A stretch of DNA of 64,000 bases. Source: Octopus sinensis (Eukaryota). The notes beneath the pieces are model-generated. The model was not told the DNA's origin. It searched no databases and worked only from the letters and a program-made list of their open reading frames with translations. A program made the translations under genes and the position numbers. Of this stretch, positions 1-12,678 are shown in pieces (positions within the stretch are counted from its first letter, which is position 1; every line of letters begins with the position of its first letter). The stretch spans positions 40,114,001 to 40,178,000 of the forward strand of contig NC_043004.1 in assembly GCF_006345805.1 (NCBI RefSeq), read 5' to 3'.

Positions 1-445
1 TAGAAATCATTTTAAACTTGCTAAAATAAACATTATTGAGTGTGCCTATCCAAATGTAGACATTGCCATTCATATATTTTGAACATTAATGATCACAAAT
101 TGCTCAGCAAAGAATTCATTTTCTCAGTTGAAGTATATTAAAAATCTCATCAAACAACTGTGCAGCAAGGCAGGCTGGATGCTTTATTTTCACTAAGAAG
201 GGAAGCAGATGCATTACATAAGATTAATTCTGAAGATCTGTTCAAAGATTTTGCAATTAAAGCAAACTGGAGAAAACTTTCCAAATATAAATAAAGTGGA
301 AATATACAAAAATAAACATTATTTTCCATCTTACTGTTAATTTTGTTTCATTTTGAAAAATAAAAATTTATTTTATGGTTTATTATTGTATATATTTTGG
401 ATCACATATGTACTTAAGGCCTCTACAGGTCTTAATCCGGCCCTG
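1..445 (+). mobile_element. 3' end of a decayed hAT DNA transposon (transposase dimerisation domain plus right TIR)
   Basis: From 35: IECAYPNVDIAIHIF*TLMITNCSAKNSFSQLKYIKN, frameshift, then QTTVQQGRLDALFSLRREADALHKINSEDLFKDFAIK. This matches the hAT C-terminal pattern. Ends in cttaatccggccctg (reverse complement CAGGGCCGGATTAAG, a hAT-type TIR) at 431-445. Confidence 0.8.
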
Positions 446-664
446 GTCATAACAGAGTCCATATGACCCTATCAGAAGTTGGGAGTCTAAGGAAAACATA
501 AATGCATGTTTCAGTGTATATACAGGTTTATACAAAAAAGCTTTCTCAAGACAGCTTTGGTAGTTTTGCAGTTTTCAACAACATATCCATGTTAAGTAAG
601 ATATACAGAATGCTACTCTGAACCAAATTCTGCTTCCATCACTAATCATGAGTTTTTATCCAGC

Positions 665-760
665 CCACACACACACATGCACACACACACACACACACGC
701 ACACACACACTCTCACACATACATGTATATGTATATATATACACTCACACACGTGTATAC
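665..760. repeat. (CA)n/(TA)n microsatellite
   Basis: Seen directly. Confidence 0.9.
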
Positions 761-1158
761 ATCCATATGGGTGTACAATTGTGCATGTGTGTGAGTGTTT
801 AGCTTTGCAATGAATAAGTCACTTATTATAATGCCATGCACACTAGACAATAACTTCTTTGGTAATTATAATTTAACCAATCAAAATCATGTAATTACTC
901 TTTCTACATAATCATTTTGATATAATTTAGAAAAAGCTTATTCTTCTTTTTGCGATTTATCGGCTACTATTTTTTTCATCCGCATGTATGTACAATATGC
1001 GTGAGTATATGTATGTTAACGTGCATGTGTATGTATGATAACATGTGTGTATACAGGGTGCACTTGTTTACGCATGGAACTGGCTTGTTTTTATTAAATT
1101 TTTTTTTTTTTTTGCATTTTACATTTTCCATATTTGAAGGTTGGGATTTATTAAATGA

Positions 1159-1531
1159 CTAGCAGTATCGCCCGGCGTTGCTCGGGTTTGTAAGGGAAAT
1201 AACTATAAAGCATTTTTAGAGAGTTATAGCCAAAAAATGGAAAAAAAATGATGGTAAATTTTTTTTTTTAGTTAAAAAGGTCGAGTTGCGTCCCCTAGAC
1301 AGTCTGTGGTTTGTGTTTCTGATTCTCGACCCCATGTCGAATTTATCGATTTTTTTCAGAACTGGGGGAACTTTTCAAAATTTTCGCTGCGTTAGTTTTG
1401 AATTATGACATTGGGCTATGTGTGTGTCAAGTTTCATCAGAATCGGTTGAAAGCCGTGGTCAGGGTGAGGGTACAAGCAAACAGACACACAGAAACACAC
1501 ACAGACAAACTGCCGTTTATATATAGAGAGA
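1159..1531 (-). mobile_element. Non-autonomous Helitron
   Basis: Minus strand begins TC (1531-1530) and ends CTAG (1162-1159). A GC hairpin CCCG-AGCAACGC-CGGG lies just before the 3' end. Inserted between A and T with no TSD; internal (CAGA/CA)n tract. Confidence 0.8.
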
Positions 1532-1647
1532 TAATTATTCAGAAGCTTAGTTTACAGTTTCGTTAAGGCTGCGTGGAAACTGATATTTCTAATTTAATTG
1601 AAGGAAATTAGTCGGAAGTGAAAAGTGGTTTTGAAAATTAAAGGCAC

Positions 1648-1681
<34 letters not shown>

Positions 1682-1691
1682 GTGTTGGTGT

Positions 1692-1723
<32 letters not shown>

Positions 1724-1730
1724 TTGTTAT

Positions 1731-1915
1731 TTAGCCCAAGTCAACTCTGAGTGAATTCATGATGACAGGCATTCTAACCCCTGATTATTTTGTCTTTGTA
1801 GGGGTGTCTAAGATTACAATAGCTAATACGTTCTTCTAAACACAGCAGTATGTGACTCAAGAGATTTCACTGCTATTTCTAGCAGATCAAATGACCACAA
1901 AGAGGCCCACACTTG
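1731..1915 (+). mobile_element. Old dispersed repeat (family G; SINE or LINE 3' end of unknown type)
   Basis: tagccc.aggtca..ctga...gctatttctagcag.tc...gacca..tagaggc pattern recurs in degraded form near 8000-8220, 14230-14345, 31300-31410 and 53498-53710. Confidence 0.45.
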
Positions 1916-2329
1916 TTGAAATCATAAAACACATGGGTGACAGAGAGAGACACAACATCATCATCATCATGACTGTTATTTTTACTTCATGTCTGTTTTC
2001 CATGTTGTCATGGGTTAAACAGACAGTCCTTTCTTTCCTTTCTTTCTTTCTTTATTTATTTTGTTATATCCCTTTAATTTCTTGTGGTTGAATCCAGCCT
2101 ACTGCTCATGTATGGGGTCTGATATTGCGTCAACTGCTAGAAACCAATATTTGTGTCAGTATGAGTCGTTTAGTTCTGAGGTCAATCCTGATTAAGAAGA
2201 CCTATGAAGAAATATGCTCTAATTGCAATCATTATCATCATCAGTGGTAGTAGCGGCACCACCAACACCAACACCATCATCATCATCATCATCAGGACAA
2301 AGTCAACATTAGTAGAATTTAAACTAAAG

Positions 2330-2653
2330 GTAGAGGGTAACAAACCCCTTCAGTCATGAATGACCATGGGATTGCAGCTAGAAAGCTACCTTCTGAGGCA
2401 TAAGTCCAGGCAAGGTTGTTTATGGAAGACCAGCAGTTGCCCACGCACACAAGCCCCTCTTCTCTATGCAACCGATGTTATCCAAGGGAAGAGAAAAGGC
2501 CGATACATTGCAACTCATTTCTACAGCTGAGTAAACTGGAGCAACGTGAAATAAAGTGTCTTGCTCAAGAGCACAACACACAACCCGGTCCAGAAATTGA
2601 ACTCACTATCTCATGATTGTGACCGCAACACTCTAACCACTTAGCCATTCGTC

Positions 2654-2657
<4 letters not shown>
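2330..2657 (-). mobile_element. tRNA-derived SINE, type A
   Basis: Minus strand has an A box (TGGCTAAGTGG), a B-box-like GTTCAATT, a cttgagcaagacacttta core and the A tail; multicopy in the window. Confidence 0.85.
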
Positions 2658-2724
<67 letters not shown>

Positions 2725-3034
2725 GTAGGGTAAAGATCTTTTTGGTCATGAATGACCAAGGGATTGCACCTAGAAAGTTCCCCTCTGAGATACACACCTG
2801 GGCAAGATTTAATTTTTCTGGGAGACCAGCAGTCACCTATGCATACCGGACTTCCCTCTCCATGCCACCAATGTTATCCAAAGGAAAAGCAAAGGCCGAT
2901 ACAGCATGGCACCAGCGACGTCGCAACTCATTTCTATAACTGAGTGAACTGGAGCAACATGAAATAAAGAAATAAAGTGTCTTGCTCAAGAATCAAACTC
3001 ACTACCGCATGACTGCGAGCCTGATGCTCTAACC

Positions 3035-3485
3035 CAGTGCTTTTCAACCTTTTTGCTGGAGTGGAACCCCAAGAAAACATTTCACTGGCTCGAGGAACCC
3101 CTGTGCAATAATTTAATAGTCTTATGCACACATATCTGCACAGGAGAATTGAAAATTACCGTCGATTTTAGCATTTTTGTAACTTCTTGCGGAACCCCTG
3201 GACTGTACTGGCGGAACCCTGGTTGAAAACCTATTTCTTTATTACCCACAAGGGGCTAAACATAGAGGGGACAAACAAGGATAGACATAGGTATTAAGTC
3301 GATTACATTGACCCCAGTGCGTAACTGGTACTTAATTTATCGACCCCGAAAGGATGAAAGGCAAAGTCGACCTCGGCGGAATTTGAACTCACAAAGTAAC
3401 GTCAGACGAAATATGGCTACGCATTTCGCCCGGTGTGCTAACGTTTCTGCCAGCTCCCCGCCTTCACCCTGGTTGAAAACCACTG
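3035..3485. mobile_element. hAT (Charlie-like) MITE
   Basis: TIRs cagtgcttttcaacc / ggttgaaaaccactg; 8-bp TSD ctctaacc at 3027-3034 and 3486-3493. Confidence 0.9.
3232..3465 (-). mobile_element. SINE type C nested in the hAT MITE
   Basis: 16-bp TSD accctggttgaaaacc at 3216-3231 and 3466-3481; near-identical to the copies at 9532, 15929 and 23543. Confidence 0.9.
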
Positions 3486-4025
3486 CTCTAACCACTGAGC
3501 CATGCACCTTCACACCTGATTTGAACTACGGTTGTAACGACTCAAAAGAAATGCCACAAAACAATTGGTCTGAGACAGTAACAATTCTGCCAGCTTGCCA
3601 CCTTATACATCACAAATACACATCACATCACAAATGTTTCAGAAAATCACACACACACACATACATACCTTATAACATCATACGTGCACACACACACCAC
3701 CAGATGACACCACTGTCACTGCCACCATCAAGACATCCCCCCACAAAATAGACAATAAATCAACTATAACTTCATCTTGAAAACCATATCTAAATTTCAC
3801 GTTCCAGAATCTTCTGCTGTTAATTCTCTCTCTCCTTCTCTCCCCAAACTCTCTCTTTGTTTTCTCTACAATTTCTCCTTCTCATTTGTTTCCATAATTT
3901 TCACCAGGTCTCCTCATCTCCTTCCTCACTCTCTCCTCACTTCTCCATCTACTTCCTCTTTCATTTCCATACTACACACTAAAAATAGCTAACACTATAC
4001 AAATATCACTGCAGTCTCCTCAATA

Positions 4026-4352
4026 ACCACCACCACCACAAACACCACCACCACCACAAACACCACCACCACCACAAACACCACCACCACCACCACAAAC
4101 ACCACCACCACCATCACCACCGAAGCCACTACTGCCACCACCACTGAAAACACCACCACCACCACCATCACCACCGAAGCCACTACTGCCACCACCACTG
4201 AAAACACCACCACCACCACAATCACTACTTCTCTGCCACAACGACTACAACCACCACCACAAACACCATCACCACCGAAACCACTACTGCCACCACCACA
4301 ATCATTACCTCTCTGCCACAACCACCACAACCACCACCACCACCACCACAAG
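4026..4352. repeat. (CCA)n-rich low-complexity repeat
   Basis: Seen directly; source of ORFs 3995-4351 and 4020-4241. Confidence 0.9.
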
Positions 4353-4456
4353 GCGCCAACTATATCAGGGAAACTTCTACATGATTAGTGTTAACATCAC
4401 AGCAGAAAGTGGGGAATTCAACTCAGCAGAAATCAGTTCTTTAAAATAATAACATC

Positions 4457-5445
4457 AATTACAGAGGTATCAAACTGTTGGATCAGGTAATGAAAGTTAC
4501 GGAGAGGGTTGTAGCCCAACTATTTAGGGACAGGGTCAGTCTAGACGAGATGCAGTTTGGGTTTGTGCCAGGGAAAAGCACCACAAGACAGCTGCAGGAG
4601 AAATACCTAGCCACAGATAAACCCCTGTACTTGGCTTTCGTTGACATGGAAAAAGCCTTCGACAGGGTCCCCCGATCCCTTATCTAGTGGTCAATGAAGA
4701 AACTAGGGATAGATGAATGGGTAGTGAGAGCTGTGCAAGCCATGTACAGGGACACTGTCAGTAAGGTGAGGGTTGGCAACGAGTACAGTGAAGAATTCCA
4801 GTTAGAGGTAGGGATCCACGAAGGTTCAGTCCTCAGCCTCTTCCTATTTATCATTGTCCTCCAGACAATAACAGAGGAATTCAAGACATGACGCCCCTGG
4901 CAACTCCTCTATGCTGATGACCTTGCTCTTATTGCTGAGTCACTATCAGAAGTAGAAGAGAAGTTTCAAGTGTGGAAGCAAGAATCAGAATTGAAGGCCC
5001 TCAGAGTCAACCTAGCTAAAACCAAAGTCTTAATAAGTAGGAAGGCAGACAAACCACAAATCCCTTCAGGTAGATGGCCCTGCTTGATCTGTAGAAAAGG
5101 CGTAGGTAGAAACTCTATATGTACCTAGTGTAAGCTATGGACACATAAGAGGTGCAGCAATATCAAAAGGAAGGCTAACTGGAAAGATGGCACATAAAAA
5201 CACCATTTGAGTGTGGCAGTTGCCAGTACCACCTGATTGGCCCTTGTGACAGTGGCACGTAAAAAGCACCCACTACACTCTCAGAGTGGTTGGCGTTAGG
5301 AAGGGCATCCAACTGTAGAAACTCTGCCAGATCAGATTGGAGCCAGGTGCAGCCATCTGGCTCACCAGTCCTCGGTCAAACTGTCCAACCCATACCAGCA
5401 TGGAAAGCGGAAGTTAAACAATGATGATGATGATGATGATGATGC
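4457..5445 (+). mobile_element. Decayed RTE-clade LINE: reverse-transcriptase remnant fused to its 3' UTR
   Basis: NYRGIKLLDQVMKVTERV..MQFGFVPGKST..LAFVDMEKAFDRVPR..GIHEGSVLSLFLF..LLYADDLALIAE..VNLAKTKV, then Cys-rich WPCLICRKGVGRNS..CKLWTHKRCS. Contains stops and deletions. 3' UTR from about 5185 ends in (GAT)n. Confidence 0.92.
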
Positions 5446-5940
5446 TGATAAATGAAGAGCTTTACCTAGTTGTTCAATCTTCATGAAATAGCAGTTGTGG
5501 TGGCTATAATGACCTTACTCACCAACTCCGCACCACAAATGACAACAACATAACCACTACCAAACACCACCACCAACACCACCACCACAACCAAAAAACT
5601 CTACACTACTCCTACTACCACTATACACTCACTAACACTCCAAACCACCACTATAATCACTCTCAATGTTTTGTTTTTACAAAACCATACCAACTGCTAC
5701 CTCCACCAACACCACCGTAGTACTAAGAACAGAAGCATTAAAAACTAAAGACAACAACCAATAGTAATCATAAAAAATAACATCACTCACATCATTCATA
5801 ACAATGCCATCAACAACAACATCAACAATGGCGTGGATCTCAGTTGTTTGATCAACTGAAATGTCTACTTATTGAACTATATAAAGAAAAGCTTGAGTAA
5901 TTCAGGCACATGTACTCTTAATGTGATGTGTGTGTGTGTG

Positions 5941-6163
5941 AGGCAGTGAGCTGGAATAAAATCATTAGCACTCCAGGAAAAATGCTTAGCTGCATTTCAT
6001 CCGTCTTTATGTTCTGAGTTCAAATTCTGCCAAAGTCAACTTTGTCTTTCATCTTTTAGGGATCGGTAAAATAAGTACCAGTTAAGCACTGGGGTCAGTA
6101 TAATCAACCAAGCCCTTACACCCAAAATTGCTGGCCTTGGGCCAAAATTTGAAACCAATATTA
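5941..6163 (+). mobile_element. SINE type C with the alternative tail
   Basis: ggc.gtgagctgg head, gagttcaaatt B box, ctttcatc..gataaaataagtaccag core. Confidence 0.75.
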
Positions 6164-6233
6164 TATATATGTGTGTGTGAGTGTATGTGTCATGATGATG
6201 ATGATGATGTGTGTGAATATGGTATATATATAT

Positions 6234-6412
6234 AAAATATTAGAAAAAACCCACCTTTTATCAATTCAAAATGAATAATTAAATTACACCATCTAGAAAA
6301 TTACATATAATAGAAAATAATTTTAACTTTTCTATTATATGTAATTTTCTAGATGGTGTAATTTAATTATTCATTTTGAATTGATAAAAGGTGGGTTTTT
6401 TTCTAATATTTT
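6234..6412. repeat. Long near-perfect palindrome (84-bp arms, 10-nt loop)
   Basis: 6234-6317 is the reverse complement of 6328-6412 apart from one homopolymer length difference; loop taattttaac. Confidence 0.92.
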
Positions 6413-6506
6413 TTATATATATATATTATATTGTGTGGAATTTGATTTAGTATTTCTAAATTGAATTCTTTTCCCTTGTAAGTTTGGATTTTATTCCCTC
6501 AAATAA

Positions 6507-6537
<31 letters not shown>

Positions 6538-6538
<1 letters not shown>

Positions 6539-6661
6539 CCGGAGTAAACACATAAATGTGAAACAAGGTGGAAAAAAGAGTACTCAAATACCAGAGGTAG
6601 AGTAATATGCTTTATTTAAAAGCAGCAGAAATTTAACAAAAACTGTTACTTAAAGTTTCAC
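6538..6661 (-). mobile_element. Penelope-like terminal-repeat fragment (module Y), truncated inside its hammerhead
   Basis: Reverse complement of 49945-50062; keeps GAAA and helix III but lacks CUGANGA. Confidence 0.6.
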
Positions 6662-6811
6662 TTTTTTTCTATCCCGAAGAAAAACGATTTCCCATGGTTT
6701 TATCGATCACATTCTCACCTGGAATCGATTTTTTTAATTTTTTCAAGGCTTATACATGCCCTGATACCGTCGGTATCTACAGATCAAATCTGAGCGCAAT
6801 CGTTACCAAAG

Positions 6812-7078
6812 TTGCCTTACTGGCACCTGCGCTGGTGGCATGTGTAAAAGGATTCGAGCGAGGTCGTTGCCAGAACCGCCTGACTGGCCCCCGTGCCGGT
6901 GGCACGTAAAAAGCACCCACTACACTGGTTGGCATTAGGAAGGGCATCCAGCTGTAGAAACTCTGCCAAATCAAGATTGGAGCCTGGTGCAACCATCTGG
7001 TTCGCCAGCCCTCAGTCAAAATCGTCCAACCCATGCTAGCATGGAAAGCAGATGTTAAACGATGATGATGATGATGAT
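6812..7078 (+). mobile_element. RTE LINE 3' UTR
   Basis: ggcacgtaaaaagcaccc..ggaagggcatccagctgtag..catggaaagc.gatgttaaac(gat)n; same as 5185-5445. Confidence 0.85.
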
Positions 7079-7092
7079 ATATATATATATAT

Positions 7093-7499
7093 ACTCTTTT
7101 ACTCTTTTTACTCTTTTACTTGTTTCAGTCATTTGACTGCGGTCATGCTGGAGCACCGCCTTTAGTCGAGCAAATCGACCCTGGGACTTATTCTTTGTAA
7201 GCCCAGTACTTACTCTATCGGTCTCTTTTGCCAAACCGCTAAGTAACGGGGACGTAAACACACCAGCATCGGTTGTCAAGCAATGCTAGGGGGACAAACG
7301 CAGACACACACACACACATATATATATACATATATATGACAGGCTTCTTTCAGTTTCCGTCTACCAAATCCACTCACAAGGCATTAATCGGCCCGGGGCT
7401 ATAGCAGAAGACACTTGCCCAAGATGCTACGCAGTGGGACTGAACCCGGAACCATGTGGTTGGTAAGCAAGCTACTTACCTCAAAGCCACTCCTGCGCC
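7093..7499 (-). mobile_element. SINE type D with internal microsatellite
   Basis: ggcg.aggagtggct head, ccttgggcaagtgtctt core, internal (TA)/(TG), (gtaaaaga)n tail. Confidence 0.88.
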
Positions 7500-8515
7500 T
7501 ATATATATATATATATATATATATTTGGAAAAAGAAAAAGAATGACTTCATTGGTAGCTCTAATCATTTTAATTTATTATTTTTCAATTTTTTGATAATG
7601 TAAATTTTAGTTCGTAGATCTAGTAAGTTCTTTGTTAACTTGGGTGTGGAGAATTTAAAAAAATAAAATTTCTTGTTAACTTCTTTGGAGAACTTTCTCG
7701 CATTCATTATCAAACAGATCTGAAGATTTGGGGTCTTGTGATTATATATCAAGGCACAAATTTCTTTTAAGCAGATGACAATTCGGTGCACAGCATTGAC
7801 AAGCCTCAACAAAGGTGAAATGCCTCTCTCAATCTTGAGTCACTGCAGTGACAATCTTCAATTCATTCCAATATATATTGTATTTTTTAACAGTGTTTAT
7901 ACATTTGGTATGAGAGACAGATGGCAATTTTAATAACATTAATAATTACGTTGTTGATGTGGTGGTTTCTTACATTGGCACAAGAACAAAAGGCGATGAA
8001 AGGAAGCCTCTACATGGCCTTTCAATCAGCTAAAAACATTAGTAACATCATCCTTAAACCACACCCCCATCATCTTTAACAATAACACACATTTGATGAT
8101 GTAGTCCAAGATTATGCTATGGCGGAAAAAAAAAATAAATAAAGTAGGCTGGTCAGAACTAGAATGGTATTCATCATAGATCTGATCAATTATGTCCGGC
8201 CTGGAGCTAAACAATAACTTTAAACAATAGGAACCTAAATCAACTTCTTTGGTATATGAAAGCAAAAGGACAAAGAACAAAACTAAATACAGCCAAGTGT
8301 TTTAGTCTGGCACTTTACCAATTCTGCCACTCCCACTGCTAATACATAATGGTGATGGTGGCAGTGGTGGTGGCATTAGTTGTGATGGGAGTCAGGGTGA
8401 TGATATTCTGGACACTGACAATTCAAGGCATTCGTGCTTTTCCTAATATTATAACAAAATAAGATAGAGCTGGTTTCAATTAAAAATCGCAACAAGTGCC
8501 TGTAAGAACTCATGA

Positions 8516-8925
8516 GTAGAATAATTCTTTCTAATTTAGGCACAAGGCCAGCAATTTCCAAGTGAGAAGCTTTGTTGATGCCACTGATCACAAAACTTAA
8601 CTCAGACTTTATTTTGTCGACCCTGAAAGGATGAAAAGCAACATTAACTTAGAACCAAGGGGCAGGAGCAAATATAGCAAGGCATTTTCTCCAACACTCT
8701 CCTGATTCAACCAATCTTTTTTGTAAGCACAGGGTCAACAATTTTGAGGACAGAGGGCCAGTCAATTGCATAAACTCCAGTATTTAACTGAAATTCTCTT
8801 TTGTCAACCTTGGAAGAATGAAAAGTAAAATTAACTTTGGTGAGATTTGAACTCAGAAAGTAAAGAGCCCGAACAAATAATACTAGGTATTTTGTCTAAC
8901 ATATTAACAGTTCTGCCAATCAACC
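8516..8925 (-). mobile_element. Two degraded SINE type C copies
   Basis: Partial matches to the C core and head (tcgaccctgaaaggatgaaa; gatttgaactcaga). Confidence 0.55.
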
Positions 8926-9531
8926 TATTCCAGGTTCAATAATGATGACGCCGACGCCGACGCTGATGCTGACAACGACAACAACAACAACAAGAACCCT
9001 CTGAGAGCACAAACCTCCGCCAAAGCAACACCAACTTACAAAATATAAAGATCTGGAAATAGAGGTAACTCAAATGTGGAGTCTAAAAGCAGAAACAATT
9101 CCTATCATAGTAGGCACATTGGGTATGATAAAAAAAAAACACATTCAAACAAATACATAACGAAAACACCAGGAATTACAAGTATATATAAGATAGAGAA
9201 CATAGCACTACTAGGTACCGCACACATCCTACGCAAAATACTTTCAATACAGCAGATATAAGAACACCACAACAAGCCATACCCAAGCACATACCCAAGG
9301 CACACAGAGCTGCACTCGGTAGTGCAGCGAAAGCACATGATGAAAATAAGACTACTGAAAAATATTAATAATAATACTTTCTATGATAGGCACAAGGCCT
9401 GAAATTTTGGGACTGGTCGATTACATTGCATAAATACATACATATATATATATGTATATTCTTTTATTTTTTAGGTTTCAGCCCTAAGGTTGTGTCCATG
9501 CTGAAGCACGACCAGCACATATACATATATC

Positions 9532-9765
9532 TATTTCTTTACTACCCACAAGGGGCTAAACACAGAGAGGACAAACAAGGACAGACAAACGGATTAAGTC
9601 GATTATATCGGCCCCAGTGTATAACTGGTACTTAGTTAATCGACCCTGAAAGAATGAAAGGCAAAGTCGACCTCGGCGGAATTTGAACTCAGAACTTAAC
9701 GGCAGACGAAATACGGCTACGCATTTCGCCCAGCGTGCTAACGTTTCTGGCAGCTCGCCGCCTAT
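9532..9765 (-). mobile_element. SINE type C
   Basis: 15-bp TSD acatatacatatatc at 9517-9531 and 9766-9780. Confidence 0.9.
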
Positions 9766-9780
9766 ACATATACATATATC

Positions 9781-10185
9781 ATCATCATAATCATCGTTTA
9801 ACGTCCGTTTTCCATGCTGGCATGGGTTGGACGGTTTGACTGAGGTCTGGAGAGCCAGCAGCTGCACCAGATTCCAATCTGATCTGGGAATGTTTCTACA
9901 GCTGGATGCCCTTCCTAATGCCAGCCACTTCAAGAGTGTAGTGGGTGCCTTTTATGTGCTACCAGCACAGGAGCCAGTCAGGTGGGCCTGGCATCGATCA
10001 TGTTTGAATTTTGCTTTTTACATGCCACCAGCACAGACGCCAGTCAGGGGATACTGGCATCAGCCACATTCGGAAGGGGCTTTTTACATGCCACCGGCAC
10101 AGGGGCCAGTCAGGTGGTCCTGGCATCAATCACATTTGGAAAGTGCTTTTTATGTGCCACCAGCACAGGAGCCAGTCAGTGGGTA
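9781..10185 (-). mobile_element. RTE 3' UTR with about 60-bp internal tandem subrepeats
   Basis: (CAT)n tail, then four copies of ttttatgtgccacc.gcacaggagccagtca. Confidence 0.85.
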
Positions 10186-11322
10186 TATAAAAGAAATTGA
10201 AAATACACTGTGATTTATTTGGATCATTTATCTAAAAATTCTTAAAAACGTAACTAGTTTCTTGCTTCTAAGAAGCAACACAGTTGCAGCATAGCTCCAC
10301 ATCTCTCTATCTCAACTTTTGAAAATCCAACAAATCTGCGAAACCTTTCAAAAGTCCAAGAAATCTTTCAAAATTAAAAAGGTGAAATATCTAAAAGAAT
10401 TCCAATACATTTTCACCTTTGCTTTTTTCTATATTTCTACCTGTATATATGTATGTGTGTCTATGTTAGTGTTTGTCTCTCACCACCACTTGACAACCAG
10501 TGATACTTTGCTTACATCTCTGTAACTTAGTGGTGCAGCAAAAGAGACTAACAGAATAATAAGTATTAGTGCGAAAAATACTGGAGTTGATTTATTTCAC
10601 TAAATCTTTCAAAGTGGTGCCCCAGCATGACTGCAGAAACAAGTAAAAGATAAAAGAGCACTAGGTGGGGTGGGTGGGGGAATGAACAAAACAATAAAAA
10701 AAAAAACTGCATCAGGACTCACACTTCTAGAAACAGTTTAAAAGAAAAATAATAATTCTACTAGACACAGCCATCACTTCATACAGGACACTTTCAATTC
10801 AATGCCACTATTAAACCACTGTTAATTAACACAGCACACTCTCTGCACAGCAAACAAAACAGACGTATACGTTACATAACAAGCGTTCGATAAAATGCAC
10901 AACACATGCGCTGAGATAATCAACACCCAACATGATAATGCTTCACAGTATCAGATATCGCACACAACACAAGCACAACAGAAACATTACCAAACAGCAT
11001 AACACAGCCTACACAACACCTACGCCACACAACCACCTCTCGATAAAATAGCGTATACCCAATAAAATAACAGACACCGTTGCACATTCAATTCCCCGGC
11101 ACTATAAAAACCAACGACTCATCTTCTGTAAAATTGCCACTTAATAAATAATACAACAAAACGCGGTAAATACCTTACGTATTCATCACTTGTCACTAAA
11201 GCAACATAAGCATCATTCACAGATCCCATAAAAAAGTACAATCATCACTCAAAAGTATACGACAACCCACACAAAGACATACTCTGTTATAGCAGCCACT
11301 ACCCAATAAAATAACACAACAC

Positions 11323-11905
11323 AGGCATTGCTGTGTGGTTAAGAAGTTTGCTTTCCAACCAGTAGGTTTCTGGTTCAATCCCTCTGCATGGTATGTTGCG
11401 GAAGTGTCTTCTATTATATATATATCCAGGCTGACCAAAATTTTGTGACTAGATTTGGTAGGCAGAGACTGAAGGAAGACGTTGTGTATGTGTGTGTGTG
11501 TGTGTGTGCGCGCGCGTGCGTGTGTGTGTGCGTGTGTGTGTGTAAATATGTATGTATGTGTGGAGGGTGTGTTTGTGCCTCCTTTTCTTGACATCACGAG
11601 ATAGTAGGAAAATGAGTGTCGCCATCATACAGTGTTTTCACTTCCAATCTTCCCTCACAAAAAAAAAACAAACAAACAAACAAACAAACATGTCCAGCCA
11701 CAGGGAAATATTACTTCGCTTGGAGACAGGTAAGGGTTGGCAACGGGAAGTGCATCCAGACATAGAAACACTGCCTCAATGAATTTTGTCTGACCCATGC
11801 AAGAATGGAAAAGTGAAAGTTAAAATGATGATGACAACGATGATGATGATGATGATGATGATGACAATGATGATGATGATGATGATGATGATGACGATGA
11901 CGACA
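11323..11905 (+). mobile_element. SINE type D head and microsatellite joined to an alternative module H with an RTE-like (GAT)n tail
   Basis: D head and core at 11323-11485. The downstream module also occurs on the minus strand at about 20300-20540 and ends gacccatgcaag.atggaaaag..(gat)n. Confidence 0.65.
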
Positions 11906-12291
11906 ACAGATCTAAGCAACAACCAGCAACTTATATAACTCAAATGATAAACAAATGTCACACAGCACAACACAAACCACAGCCCACATAGTCTATACAA
12001 TCAACACTTAATTATAACAAGACAACAAATACTCTTACACAATCAATATCTGTTGCTATAACACCAACGATTCACAAAGCACACATTCAACAGTTTCAAG
12101 CCAGTAAATAAAACACAATCTGCACAGTACATACTCTGTGTAATAACTACCTGAAACTAAAACACATAAGACAGATGTGACACAAACACAATAAAATATC
12201 GAAATTGACATAGCATATTTTATACACAACAAACAACAAAAACATTTTTAAAAATCGCAGAAAAAATGCGAAACTGATGTAGTATACCAAC

Positions 12292-12678
12292 GTGGAGGTG
12301 CAATGGCCCAGTGGTTAGGGCAGCGGACTCGCGGTCATAGGATCGCGGTTTCGATTCCCAGACCGGGCGTTGTGAGTGTTTATTGAGTGAAAACACCTAA
12401 AAGTTCCACGAGGCTCCGGCAGGGGATGGTGGTGATCCCTGCTGTACTCTTTCACCACAACTTTCTCTCACTCTTACTTCCTGTTTCTGTTGTACCTGTA
12501 TTTCAAAGGGCCGGCCTTGTCACTCTCTGTGTCATGCTGAATATCCCCGAGAACTATGTTAAGGGTACACGTGTCTGTGGAGTGCTCAGCCACTTACATG
12601 TTAATTTCACGAGCTGGCTGTTCCGTTGATTCGGATCAACCGGAACCCTCGTCGTCGTAACCGACGGAGTGCTTCCAA
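12292..12678 (+). mobile_element. SINE type B, tail B1
   Basis: tRNA-like head TGGCCCAGTGG / GTTTCGATTCC; 9-bp TSD tataccaac at 12283-12291 and 12679-12687. Confidence 0.9.

Larger units (their letters stand above)
2726..3513 (-). mobile_element. SINE type A interrupted by a hAT MITE
   Basis: Body at 2726-3034; the head resumes at 3486-3513. Confidence 0.85.

Noticed and set aside
4478-4891. RT ORFs as a functional gene
   Set aside because: In-frame stops, an internal deletion in the RT and loss of the C-terminal region; reported as a decayed RTE LINE instead.
7564-7850. Possible host exon on the minus strand (Cys-containing reading frames)
   Set aside because: Stops interrupt the plausible frames, no convincing splice pair, and no recognisable homology.
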